Shown here piece after piece: positions 1-11,450 of a stretch of 64,000 nucleotides of DNA. Source of the DNA: Obrimoposthia wandeli (Eukaryota); the NCBI GenBank assembly GCA_977020255.1, contig CDROCS010000555.1:620001-684000 (forward strand). Reading direction: 5' to 3'. The notes beneath the pieces are model-generated. The model saw only the letters and a list, made by a program, of their open reading frames with translations. It had not been told where the DNA came from and searched no databases. Numbering within the stretch: the first letter of the stretch is position 1; each line of letters starts with the position of its first letter. The position numbers and the translations under genes are program-made.

Positions 1-3000
1 TATATCAGCCAGTGTTTGCAGTTTTTGTTAAGCTGAATATATAGATTTACACTCTCAAACTACATCCATACTCCAATGTTTATTCGTTTGAATACTGAAT
101 TAAAAAATACTTTTACTATGCTATTATGTTCTTTCTATTTAAAGAAGTTCAAAAATGTGTTGATCATATAAAAGATTTGAAAACCAAAATTTAATGCTGA
201 TTAGTTTATAAAGTGTGTGAAAATAAATTTTATATCTTTACTCTTTGTTGGCTGAAGCATTTAAAATTATTAATCAAGGAAAGATAATGAAATGTATAAA
301 TTAATTTATTTTCTATGATTCGTTAATTGTGTAATTATTTTTCATATGTAGTTTGTTAAATCAAATTTTAAAAAGCAAAGGATCAAAATATAGTTCCAGG
401 ATATTTCAAACATTTCGGTGTAAGTTTCATCATTAAATAGATTATTGGAATTTGTATTATGATATTTTTGATTTAGGAATGGTTTAAAACTAAGATAGTT
501 TATTTTATTTCTTTATTATTGAACTAATAATTTTACTGATTTACATATATTGTATTATAAAAGCAGCTTATATTAATATCAACGGATTTTAATTTATATA
601 TCCAAATAAAGAATCTTAAATGACAAAAAAATTACTGAAGGTTTAAAAAATTTATTTCGATTTTCTAAAATTAAAAATATATATTAAACAAAATAATTTA
701 ATTAACTAACTTGATAACAAAATATAGTGATATCGACTAAAAGGAAACTGCTATATTTGGCTATTTAAAACAGAAATCTCCAATTAAAAATTAAGTAAAG
801 TCTTTTCACAATTAATTCAGAATTAAACATTTGTTTATATGATTTACTCAAATTATTAAAACTTTTAATTCTAATTTTTAATCATTTGTATTCATTAACT
901 GTCCTATTTAACCACAGTGTGACATATAAAGTTAATATAGTTAACAATTGGGTTAAATAAAAATACTTTGAATTATACATTACCTAAATAATTCATAATA
1001 GAAAACATTAAATTCAGATTAAATTTATAACTGATTTAATATAAAAAAATATGAAAAACTAATTTTGTTGTAAACTAGGCTTGTCCATTATTGCCCCAGA
1101 AATCACCCTTTTTTATTATTATTTTTTCAATTTTATTTCAATTATTAAAAAACGCTTTTTAAAACAAAATATATTGAAATAGGATTCGCTAAATTTCCTC
1201 AGATTATTAAAATAAGTTAATAATTGAATTATCTGTCAAATAAGGTATACTTTAAATTTGTATATTAGAATTATTGTAATTTTACAAAGAATTATCTTTG
1301 GTATTATATTATTTTGAATATTTCAATGCTGATATAAAATGAAACAACTCTTTGTAAATTTAAGCTTGACCCAAAAAAGAATTTCTCACTAAATAATGAC
1401 AGATATATTAAAATATATTAATTTAAAAAGAATTATTTATGAATAATATATTTATGTATAACTTAAAATTAACTTTTGAATATTTTGTAGAAATTAAAAA
1501 ATCAGTTTTAAATAAATTTAAAAATTTTACTAAATAAATTCTAGTTAAAAAAAATTCTTGTTCAAAAAGGTACAAAAAAATATGAAATAATGCTAAAATA
1601 TTATTTAGAAAATAAAATGACTTTTATCGAGAAAAAAGTTATTATTCGAAGTTATATTTCAAAATTATTTTTATTAGAATTAAAATACAAATACCTCTCT
1701 TGGCATCAGTCAGCGAAGTGCATACCACCGTCTTAATCAAATACTGGCTTCTCTTTGCACGAGGCAGTATTGCAGGTGTTCTCTTCTGTCAGAACAGGAA
1801 ACAGAAATATAATATGCTTCGTTGATCGCAAATTTGACGAATACCATTAGTGTTGCCGTTTCATTATTTATTACTGTAAAAATTTTCCTCCACACCGCAA
1901 AAGTGGGAATATTTCTTCACTATTAGGTGCCCTTTCAAAGTAGCTAAGCTCACATTTGAGAGGTTACATCTATTCATTAGCAAATGGAGCAAACAATTAA
2001 GCTATTTGCCACATATTCTTCGTTTTCACTTCGATGGACGCGTACAAAAATTTACAACTGGGAAAATGGTCAAATTACTGTTGCCTGAATTAACCCATTT
2101 TGTAGGGAAATTTAATAACACGACTTCAATGAAAGCAAAAGCTCTTCCAGAATGGCAGTCTGATAATCAGCATTAGAGGTGATGAGATAATTTTCCTATT
2201 AGCTCAATTTATATTTAGATTTTGAATACAATTTTTACTTTAAAAAACCAAGAGTCACAATATTTTGCATTTTTATTTTTCAACATTTATTTGCAACATT
2301 AAAGAAAATATTTTGTTTATTTTTTAATTGTTTTATTAATTATCAACATGAAAAAATTAGCAAGTAAATATCAATTTAAAAGTATTTAGCTTTTATTTAA
2401 AAGTCGATTGAAAATACTAAAATTAACAATAAAATATTTAATATAGCACTAATATATTATAAATCTATAATTTATTACTCAAAACTGTTTCCTGTTTTTC
2501 ATTAGTCTACGTAATATTTCTGACCAGGGATGTCTTCAATTACTTATTGAAATTTTCAAAATCATTAAACTTTCTTATATTCATCGGTAAATTGTTGCAA
2601 AGATACGGATCATAAATTTCAAATATTTCAACTCTCTGTTTGTTATTTGACAATATGTAGAGTGGGTTAATAAATTCAATATAATCCACCCCTTCACTCG
2701 AGGGGTTACAACTGTCTTTTAAAACTGTTCATGTGTGTATTGAAATTTTGTACATGTGTGTATAAAAATCTATACATGTCCTGAGACATATCTACACTTT
2801 TCAACTGCACAAGAGCCGTTTACTGGAAGGGGATGGTACAGTGGTCAAGGTGGCGAACTGAAAATGGAAGATTAAACACATAGGATACTTGAATTCTATC
2901 AAGAGTGATTTTAAGCAGGTTACTATGATTCTTGGCTTATAATTTAGTTTCTGTAATTCCCAATTTTATCTCACGTGTACCATCTGTACCATACCACTGC

Positions 3001-3212
3001 CACTAAATCACTATAAGTATTGTATACGTGTTTTTTAGCTCTCCCTCCCTCACCCCTTAAAATGCTAATTAACCCATTTAAGTCCCCTTAAAACTGGAAA
3101 TCTCATAGTGCACCCATAGAGTGATCAAGTGCAGGCAGGGCCATATGAGGGCCAACGTGGGGCCTTTGGGACCGCGGTGGCCCTCTGAGCGTAGCGATAT
3201 ACACACACAGAC

Positions 3213-3224
3213 ATATATATATAT

Positions 3225-3256
<32 letters not shown>
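3213..3256. repeat. (AT)n microsatellite
   Basis: direct reading. Confidence 0.95.
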
Positions 3257-4152
3257 GTTGAGAATATATTGTAGACATGCTCACTACATTGGACTCGGAA
3301 AAATCGACCAAGGCATTTACATTGGCTGCAGCGCCTCCCAGAAAGTCGCGGCACATATATCCTACTAATACCGCCTGGGATGGCAATTGTTCCACACCAA
3401 CCAGTAATTCAGCAACCGAAGAAGAAGCCGGGCCGACCGAGAAAGAAGCAGTCTGTACCAATTGAACGTCTCCTTTTATTTTTTTAAAATTTTCGGTAAG
3501 AGTTCATATATTTTGTAATTTTCTTTTCTAATTTCAGTAAATTGATTACTTATTGATTACTTAAATTATACTGGAGATAAAAACATTAATTTTAAAACAA
3601 TTAATTCCTTTTATATAATATAATTGTATTAAAATAATTTCGACGTTTATATAAATAAGTTCAATTTTATTTTTCATTTCGTTATTTTTAAAATAGAATT
3701 CACACAAATGAAGAAGCTCATGACATGGATAGAGGAGAATATCAGGAAGAATGAAAAGAAAGGAGACCTGCGAAAGAAGATTTTAAATTAGAATTTATAT
3801 GCTGCGGTCGCGACGGAGTGAAATAAAAAGGTAAAGATAAAATACAGACAACAAGCTGAAAGAAGAAGAATCCAGCAGCATCAACTGGACTAAGGCCCTT
3901 CTACTATTTTTGGTTATTGTAATGAAATGAGTCAACTAGAAAGTTCTTATTTTGGGGAAATGGTTGTTTGCCACGAAATCTACAATTGTTTGATATCTCA
4001 GATTTTTAAAAATACTAAGTAATGTACATTAGGATTTTTTGTTCTATGATGACCTCCTTGTTGAAAAAGATTTTGAGTGATAAATATAACTATTACTTTC
4101 AGATTTCTTACAATTTTTGTAAATAAATTATCAACGTCCGATTCCAGTTAAC

Positions 4153-4437
4153 TTACTGATATAAATCATTAATAATTTTTACATTTACTCTTTTCAATCT
4201 TTTGTACCAATTCACATCAAATCCTTCAACAAATTTTATTTCCTTCAACTTGCAAACTTCTGTTTGTGTTACTCCACTTTCTCCTTCTCCACCATGATGA
4301 AAATAAATATTTTTGAAACTGGAATGGAAAATAGCTTTATTTCGTAACAATTTACATACGAAATGTGTCTTTCTACTTCCATTGGGGCCAACAACTTGAA
4401 ATACGACATCTTTATTCAGCTACATATACTCTTTCAT
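4153..4437 (-). pseudogene. FtsK/HerA-like packaging ATPase, N-terminal fragment (copy C)
   Basis: decayed Walker A GPNGSRKT; ends near Walker B region IINDLY. Confidence 0.8.
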
Positions 4438-4444
4438 TTTAATT

Positions 4445-4453
4445 TTGTTTATA
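4445..4453 (-). promoter_or_regulatory. TATAAACAA motif upstream of ATPase (C)
   Basis: 28 nt before ATG 4425 (16 before ATG 4437). Confidence 0.65.
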
Positions 4454-4757
4454 TTATCATAGAAGTTTCCTTATTGAATAACATAAAGCTAGAGCTACTG
4501 ATGATGAAATCTAAAAATTAATTAATGAATATTTGGATATAATTTTATTTATTTGTGTTCGATTTATAAATTATCTAATAACATGTGATCTAACTAATAT
4601 TTTAATATTATCTCTTGTAGTATTATTATTTTTTATGCAGATAAAATTTGTTTACACTTTATTTTTTTAACAAATAAATATCGTCATTAAGACAATTCAC
4701 ATCATTAACAGTAATTATAGTATTATTCATTTGAAAAAACTATTAATTTAATTGGGT

Positions 4758-4766
4758 TTGTTTATA
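4758..4766 (-). promoter_or_regulatory. TATAAACAA motif upstream of small ORF (C)
   Basis: 36 nt before ATG 4730. Confidence 0.7.
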
Positions 4767-4809
4767 GTTTATAAAATAAAGATAACAAAATGTAATAAAA
4801 TAAATTTTC

Positions 4810-5102
4810 TCAAATCGATTCAACAGTGTATGGATAATACGAATTTCTCAACACCAAAATCATAACTTTACCACTGGAAAATGTATTTACACATAGCGGT
4901 ATAAACTACAAATATCTAAGTACCGGAAAAATCTCAGGTTCAAATATGCATTCTTCTTTAATTTTTTCAGCAATTTTATAAATATTTATTGGTTTCCCGA
5001 CATTGCCTGAGACTGTAATTGATTGTATGGTGCTGATTTGAATTCCAAGTGGTAAATTGGTATCATTCAAAGGTGTTTTGCATCCTATAACACGACAACT
5101 TC
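4810..5102 (-). pseudogene. TBP-like gene, exon 2 (copy C)
   Basis: GSCRVIGCKTP...ECIFEPEIFPVLRYL*FIPLCVNTFSSGKVMIL; preceded by a 31-nt GTTAGT...TTTAG intron at 5133-5103; exon 1 not recognisable. Confidence 0.8.
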
Positions 5103-6583
5103 CTAAAATATTCAATATGAAAAAAAAACTAACTTTAAACAGATGTTCAACATCTTAAACAGAAAGTTTAAAAAGTAGTTCCAAATTTTATATTCAATAA
5201 GAACAAATATTCAAAAATATCCGAGGAGCTGATGCAATATTTTTGATGAATATAGAAGAGATATAGATGTTCATACGTTTCCGAAAAAAGTAGCAATGAA
5301 CAATGAACAGTAAAAATTCGACTGTATGGTAGCAAGAAGGATGGAATGGGAACAAAGCTACTCATGTGGGTAATTGAACGTGCTCATATCCCTATGTGTT
5401 GATAATTTCTTTTTTCTATTTACTTTTTGTTTACCATGTCTCTTTCATTTGTATATTCCTGCATGTAATAAATTGTAATCAGTTTTAATTTTTTTATTTC
5501 ATAATATTTTAATCTTATTTAAATATATATTTTTATAAACATTTGTTTTTTTATCAGATTATTTATTCTAGAATGGACCCTCTTCTGAGTTATGAACGGA
5601 ATTTCTATTAACCGGAAATAATTTCAAAAGGAAAATCGGGTTATATATTAAAGATGCATCAAATTATACGAGTTATGAATCCTGGGAAAATATCAAAAGT
5701 GGAAAATAAATATCTAATTGAAATTTTAACATCTGATGTACAGAATTTCTATTGATCAATTCAAAAATATTTTAGAATTTTACATACCTGGTTATGCATG
5801 CATCAACTTTTCAGGTTGAAAGTGATCCCAGTTTGGCTTTTAGAGATGACCTTGGATATTTGTTTGATCCACTTTAGATGAATAAATATGGAATATTTCA
5901 ATATGACTTAATGAATTTTATGCTGATGCCGATGAAAAATACAGCCTCTTTATTACATAATCACTGCATTAGGCGCTAGAAGATCATATGAATACATTTT
6001 TAGATAAAAACTAAGATCTTGTATTCACTTATATAAGTAGCCACTAGACTTTCATTTAGTGTTCACTTGAACTAACAGTTTTCTTTAATTTGAATATAAT
6101 TCTGACGTTTTAATTAAATTTTTTTACAAGTGATTTAATTAATAAGCTTTATTAAAATTAATTACTTTTATTTTCATAAAACATTTTCTTGAGTATATTC
6201 ACGAAAAATGTGGAAATTTTTACAGCTTTCGTCAAGAACATAATAAGTATTCGCATAAAATACAAATAATATTTTCTGTAAAAAAACAATAAGCGTTCTC
6301 TCTATTTTATGTAAATAAATATTTTTGCTTAACTAACTTAATTTCCTCATTGTTAACATAGGTGTGGGAGATACATCCTTCCCAACCATTAACTCTGTAA
6401 ACCGAGTATCCAAAAAACAAATTTGAAAGGACATTATTAGTGTTTACTAATATTCGATTGTTGTAAGTTCTCGTTTGAATAATCATTAATTATTAAGAGA
6501 AAACAATCATAAAAATCTGACAATTATAAGTGCATAATCTGCATTCAAGAATTCTTAGCTTGGCTATCGGGGAAAATTTCGAG

Positions 6584-6660
6584 TCGCAATAGTTAAATTA
6601 TATAATGTGCAACGTGCAAGTAGTGAGGCCTGGGGTTCAATTTCCAGTTGCAGTGACGAA
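6584..6660 (+). other. degenerate tRNA-like / SINE head
   Basis: B-box-like GGTTCAATTTCC and weak A-box; no convincing cloverleaf. Confidence 0.25.
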
Positions 6661-7028
6661 TTTTCTCCCGAACCTAACATATTCAATATAATTTTATGCT
6701 TTTACACTGAACTGCTTATTAATTGATTATAAAGCTATTTTATTATGTTTGCATTTATTTAAATTAAAAAAAACAATGGTAAAATTAAAATGTTTAATCA
6801 ATTAATTTCAAAGTTTCTGTTTATTAATTGTATAGGAATATTTATTGCAGAAAATTATTGATTAGGTCTTGTTGCACAGCTAAAGTCAGATTAAAATTAA
6901 AAATACTTTAAGGTTAAAAAAAAAAAATTCTGAAAGAAGCCTTTGTCAACAATAGTTGAACTAAGTAACGTTACAAATGTTTAACATTAACAAAATCAAG
7001 CATGGCGTACGAAACGATATCTCTAGAC

Positions 7029-7320
7029 CATGGGTTCTAAAGATTTTTAGCCGTGGAACCCTTAAAAGGTTTTCCATAGTTTGCAGTACCCCTTTTTATT
7101 TTTTATGAATGAACCCATTTTTATCAAACTTTAATGAGACATTAAATATTGTTTTCGAACATAGGACTTTATTTACTTTCATGGAACTTTAAAAAACATC
7201 GTATACATTGAAAAATACGTAAATCATATAATAGAACAAACAAAATGTTAGATACAGAAAGAAATAAAAAGCCGACGGAACCCATTATTTTTTTGGCGGA
7301 ACACACTTTGTGAACCTCTG
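7029..7320. mobile_element. hAT-family MITE
   Basis: imperfect TIRs (catgggttctaaag / ctttgtgaacctctg) flanked by a perfect 8-bp TSD CTCTAGAC at 7021-7028 and 7321-7328. Confidence 0.75.
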
Positions 7321-8362
7321 CTCTAGACAGTTTCCAATTGAATTGTCATTTGATAATAACATCTAATCACATTTAAGTACTATATAATATGACGTTATGT
7401 TGAAGGTCATATGCTTTATATGTCATACCAATCTCATGTCAAACGTTGCTTTAAGTGTAAAAACATGAATTCTTTTGTAATGTGTAATACTTTCTCGTTA
7501 TACTTTTGGCTAATATCTAGTAAAATTTGCATTTTTTGATGCTCATTAATAAATTTAGAAATATGATGCATTTTTTGGAATTGTTTTATTAAAAACTTTT
7601 AAGTTGGACGATTGTTACACATATGTAACATTTCATATTTTATCATTGATAAAATAGAAAAATAACAATTTAAACAAGAAAACTACTTATTTATTCAATA
7701 TTAATTAAATATTCATAAAAGTCATGTAACTTTTGTTTTCTTATATAAGTCTTACTTGTACTTTATTATTAGTTTTGATTAGGTTAAACTTGCAACTCTA
7801 ACCAGCAGATTTTTTATGATTTCCAATTCAAGTTTTATTACAGTGCCATTACAGTTGACTGACTAAAACAAATATGTCTCCGATATTCAATATCCCTAAA
7901 AGTAGGAGTCATTATCCAGTAAAATACTCCTGAGATTTGACAGACTTTCTGTTAATTTCCATAATTCCTAATTCAATTATGATACGACAAAAAATTCAAA
8001 ATCCAACATCGACAGTTACATAACTCAACTTCATTGACTTGGTTTTGCAACTCATGTTTATGTACGTAACAAAAGATTGAAAGGTAAAATAAAATGTATA
8101 TCCAATAAATATTTTTGTTTAGAATTTAACCCCTGAACGTGCAACTATGCCCACATTGGCCACCCAAATAAGAAACCCTAATATCTTGTAGAGTAATAAA
8201 CTAAAATCATTAATAATTGGTGAAAGTTTCTTTTAACAAGTCTACTAACGGAGGAAGGAGATTGTAGAATACTATAATAACGTTAGGATAAAGAATAAAC
8301 TCTCATTGTTAATTACTGTTAATTACTGTTAAGAAGAATTTAAATAATACAATTTTATTCTA

Positions 8363-8852
8363 ATGAAACTCGTAAATATAAATTATAAAGGTAGAATAGA
8401 AGATGATGTTTCGTACTTACCATTCAATGAATGGAAGCCGAGACAATATGTGAAAAAGTTTAATTATTTCACAGTTGTTATTTTTCCCACAGGTTAGTTT
8501 TTTATTTTATTTTCATATTGATTTTTTTTAAGAAATTGTCGTGTTATGGGATGCAAAATACCTTTGCTTGAGATCAATTTATCATTTGGAATTCGAATTA
8601 CTGCAATACAATCAATCACAATTTCAGCTAATCTCGGGAAACAAATAAATCTTTATTAAATTGCAGAGAAAATGAAAGAAGAATGCATGTTTGAACCGGA
8701 AATTTTCCCTGCTCTCATTTATTTGAAGTTTAAACCCCTATGTGTAAATATATTTTCCAGTGGTAAAGTTATGATATTGGGATTGAAATATTTTGATTAT
8801 CCAGACATTGTTGATTTGATTTTAGAAAATATATCTTATTACATCTTGTTAT
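8363..8852 (+). pseudogene. TBP-like (TATA-binding protein fold) gene, 2 exons (copy A)
   Basis: MKLVNINYKG...TVVIFPTG/NCRVMGCK...IQSITISANLG...FEPEIFPALIY...VNIFSSGKVMILG aligns to both TBP core repeats; intron 8493-8531 (acceptor decayed to AA); internal stop 8657; 3' end approximate. Confidence 0.85.
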
Positions 8853-8860
8853 CTTTTTTC

Positions 8861-8869
8861 TATAAACAA
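8861..8869 (+). promoter_or_regulatory. TATAAACAA motif upstream of small ORF (A)
   Basis: 33 nt before ATG 8894. Confidence 0.7.
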
Positions 8870-8893
8870 ACCCGTTTAAACCTATTGTTTCAA

Positions 8894-9170
8894 ATGAATA
8901 ATACTATAAATACAGACAATGAAGTGGATCGTCTTGTCAAAGAAATATTTTCAGGAAAAATTAAGGGTAAACAAATTTTATCAGAATTAAAAAATAATGA
9001 TATAACAAGAGATAACATTAGAAATATTGGTTAGATCACATGTTATTCGAAAATTTAGAAATCGAACACAAATAAATAAAATTATAGCCAAATATTCATT
9101 AATTAATTTTTGTATTTCATCTACAATAGCTCTAACATTATACATTTCAATAAGGAAACTTCTATTATAA
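8894..9170 (+). pseudogene. small conserved element ORF with C-terminal hydrophobic helix (copy A)
   Basis: MNNTINTDNEVDRLVKEIF...TRDNIRNI, frameshift, then VRSHV...LINFCISSTIALTLYISIRKLLL*; similar to 53673-53939. Confidence 0.65.
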
Positions 9171-9179
9171 TATAAACAA
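9171..9179 (+). promoter_or_regulatory. TATAAACAA motif upstream of ATPase (A)
   Basis: 28 nt before ATG 9199 (16 before ATG 9187). Confidence 0.65.
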
Positions 9180-9186
9180 TATTAAA

Positions 9187-9833
9187 ATGAAAGAGTTTAT
9201 GTAATAGAGCTAAATAATAATGCTGTATTTCAAATAGTTGGTCCCAGTGGAAGTGGAAAGACACACTTCGTATGTAAATTGTTGCATAATGAATCTCTTT
9301 TCAATTCTAGTTTCAAAAATATTTATTAGCATCATGGTGGAGGAGGGAAAGTGGACTAACAAGTTGAAGGGAATAAAATTTATTGAAGAATTTGATGCGA
9401 ATTGGTGTGAAATATTGATAAAAAAGATTTAATAATAATTGATGTTTTGTATCAGGAAGCTAACAAGGAATCGAACTTTAATAATTTATTTACAATGATT
9501 GCAAGACATTGTGAAGTAACAGTTATATTTATCACTCAAAATCCTTTTCACCAAGGAAGTCACCATAGAACAAGAAATCTTAATGTGCATTAGTTAGTTT
9601 TATTTAAAAATCCTAGAGATCAAACAGTTGTTGATTTCGTGGCCAGGCAGGCGTTTCCTCAAAATAAGAACTTTCTAGTTGATTCATTCCATGATGCTGC
9701 TAAACAAGCACATAAGTATATATTTATTGACTTTACACAAGCTTGCCCAGATGATTTACGTGTTTTAACAGACATATTTAATTCTAAAGCAGTGACTGTT
9801 TATAAACAATTAGAGAACAAATATAAAAAATAA
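9187..9833 (+). pseudogene. FtsK/HerA-like packaging ATPase (copy A)
   Basis: Walker A GPSGSGKT, FITQN, RTRNLN, FKNPRD, YIFIDF motifs; stops and frameshifts. Confidence 0.9.
9801..9809 (+). promoter_or_regulatory. TATAAACAA motif upstream of basic ORF (A)
   Basis: 40 nt before ATG 9841. Confidence 0.7.
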
Positions 9834-9840
9834 ATTTGCA

Positions 9841-9990
9841 ATGAATTTTAAAAAGTTGATAGTAAAACGTAAACATAAAGTAAAGGCAAAGCCTAAGAAA
9901 TTTAAAAAAAGAATCATTAAGAAAAAGAGAAGTGATAAATTAATCAAGTCTGTTCGAAGTAAAAGAAAACTTAAATGGCTTCGAATATAA
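9841..9990 (+). CDS. 49-aa highly basic protein (candidate DNA-condensing core protein)
   Basis: intact MNFKKLIVKRKHKVKAKPKKFKKRIIKKKRSDKLIKSVRSKRKLKWLRI; syntenic with Lys-rich ORF 54566-54874 sharing MNF and KLIK(S/T)V. Confidence 0.55.
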   Translation: MNFKKLIVKRKHKVKAKPKKFKKRIIKKKRSDKLIKSVRSKRKLKWLRI

Positions 9991-9994
9991 ACAA
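9986..9994 (+). promoter_or_regulatory. TATAAACAA motif upstream of cupiennin-like ORF (A)
   Basis: 31 nt before ATG 10017. Confidence 0.7.
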
Positions 9995-10016
9995 TATTAA
10001 ACATTAACTTTTTATA

Positions 10017-10346
10017 ATGAAGAAAATACAAAGAAGCATACCCTATTTTACAGCTTTGGTCAAAGCCTCTTCTCATAAGAAAATGAGTATTCTTAAAGCA
10101 TTTTCATCTTTTGTTGTAGATGATTTATAGGAAGTTTTGTATAATATAGTTTTGGGTGGAGTAAAAATGGGAAAATGGAGAAATGTATTAAAGAAGTATA
10201 GAAAAATTCTTCTAGATATTGCTAATGTAAAAAGTAAAAAGGAAAACAAAATATTATTCTTAAACAGAAAGGCGTTTTCATATGGGGCTGTTATACCAGT
10301 TGTTGCTTCAATTATCAGTAGTATTATAGCTGCGACACGTACATAA
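10017..10346 (+). pseudogene. small conserved Maverick/adintovirus protein with amphipathic C-terminus (cupiennin-like class), copy A
   Basis: homologous to 54913-55233 (PYF..L.KA.S...ILLDI.N); one internal TAG. Confidence 0.7.
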
Positions 10347-10350
10347 ACAA
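10342..10350 (+). promoter_or_regulatory. CATAAACAA variant upstream of micro-ORF/integrase (A)
   Basis: 33 nt before ATG 10375. Confidence 0.5.
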
Positions 10351-10374
10351 TTATTTCAAAAATCACTTAAAGAT

Positions 10375-10452
10375 ATGGGTGCTAACCCTTCTTTACCTAA
10401 ATTTAAAATTTCTATACATTCAAATTGTTGTAATGGAGAAGTTATGATTTAA
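10375..10452 (+). CDS. 25-aa micro-ORF MGANPSLPKFKISIHSNCCNGEVMI overlapping the integrase start
   Basis: read from sequence; homolog at 55239-55322 in diverged element B. Confidence 0.6.
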   Translation: MGANPSLPKFKISIHSNCCNGEVMI

Positions 10453-11450
10453 TCCAAAAGATCCACAGGAGTTTCAAAATTGACAAAAAGAACAAAACAG
10501 AATTACAAGAAAACGCCGAAATGGCTGAGCGATCAGTTAGCTTACAGTCTGAACAAGCCGATGAGAAGAAGGTTTCCAACTAGAGCTTTCAAAACCAGTA
10601 GTCCTAATAATTTATGGCAAATGGATTTGATGGAGATTATTCAATATTCTTCCATTAATAAAGGATACCGATATATTTTAACATGTATTGGTGTATTTAG
10701 CAGGTTTGCTCGTGCAATTCCAGTTAAAGCAAAGTCTTCAATAGCTATGCTTGAAGCCATCAAAGAAATATTAAAAGAGGACATTCCGAAAAATGTGCAA
10801 ACTGATTTAGGAAAAGAATTTTATAATCAGCAAATTCAATCATTATTTATGCAAAATAATATAAATCACTACTCGGTGTTTTCGCAGTACAAAGCAGCAG
10901 TAGTAGAAAGATTTAATCGTACTTTAAGGGATCGAATAAAAAGGTATTTCGCAAAAAATGGAAATAAAAAATGGATCCAAGTTTTACCTAAAATAATACA
11001 TGCATATAATCACTCTGAACATAGAAGTCTCAAAGGAATGAGACCTGTTGATGTTACTAATAAAAACTCTATGGATATTTGGATAGACAGGAATAAAAAA
11101 GAAAATATTAAAAAAATATATATAAGAAAAACGAATATGTTCGATTTTCTAAAATTAGCTCTACTCCATTTATTAAAAGTTTTGATCAGAATTGGAGCGA
11201 TGAAATATTTTGTAAAAGTAACATTGATCAAAAGAGTAATCCAATAATGTATACTATTAAAGATGCTAACAATAATATCGTTCACGGTAAATTTTACGAG
11301 CAAGAACTACAAGTACTATCAAATAAACCTAGCGTTTTCCGTATTCAAAAAATATTAAAATCTAAGGGTACCGGTAAACATAAACAATACTTTGTTAACT
11401 GGCATGGTTATTCAGACCCAACTTGGATATCAGCATCTAATATAATATGA
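10433..11450 (+). pseudogene. retroviral-like DDE integrase with C-terminal chromodomain (copy A)
   Basis: WQMD, QTDLGKEF and VVERFNRT catalytic motifs; QYFVNWHGY chromodomain; early TGA and frameshift near 11110. Confidence 0.93.

Larger units (their letters stand above)
4150..5133 (-). mobile_element. Polinton/Maverick remnant C (TBP-like, small ORF, ATPase N-half), reversed relative to A and B
   Basis: same gene order as A and close similarity to it: GSCRVIGCK...FEPEIFP; MNNTII; FQVVGPNGSRKT...INDLYQ. Confidence 0.85.

Noticed and set aside
3078-3461. ORFs with IYIYIY runs
   Set aside because: Artefacts of the (AT)n microsatellite.
6584-6660. Functional tRNA gene
   Set aside because: Only a B-box-like motif; stems do not form a credible cloverleaf.
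9810-11303. Minus-strand ORFs over the basic, small and integrase genes (also 53208-53471, 54560-54955, 55869-56108)
   Set aside because: Antisense shadows of plus-strand coding sequence with no recognisable motifs.
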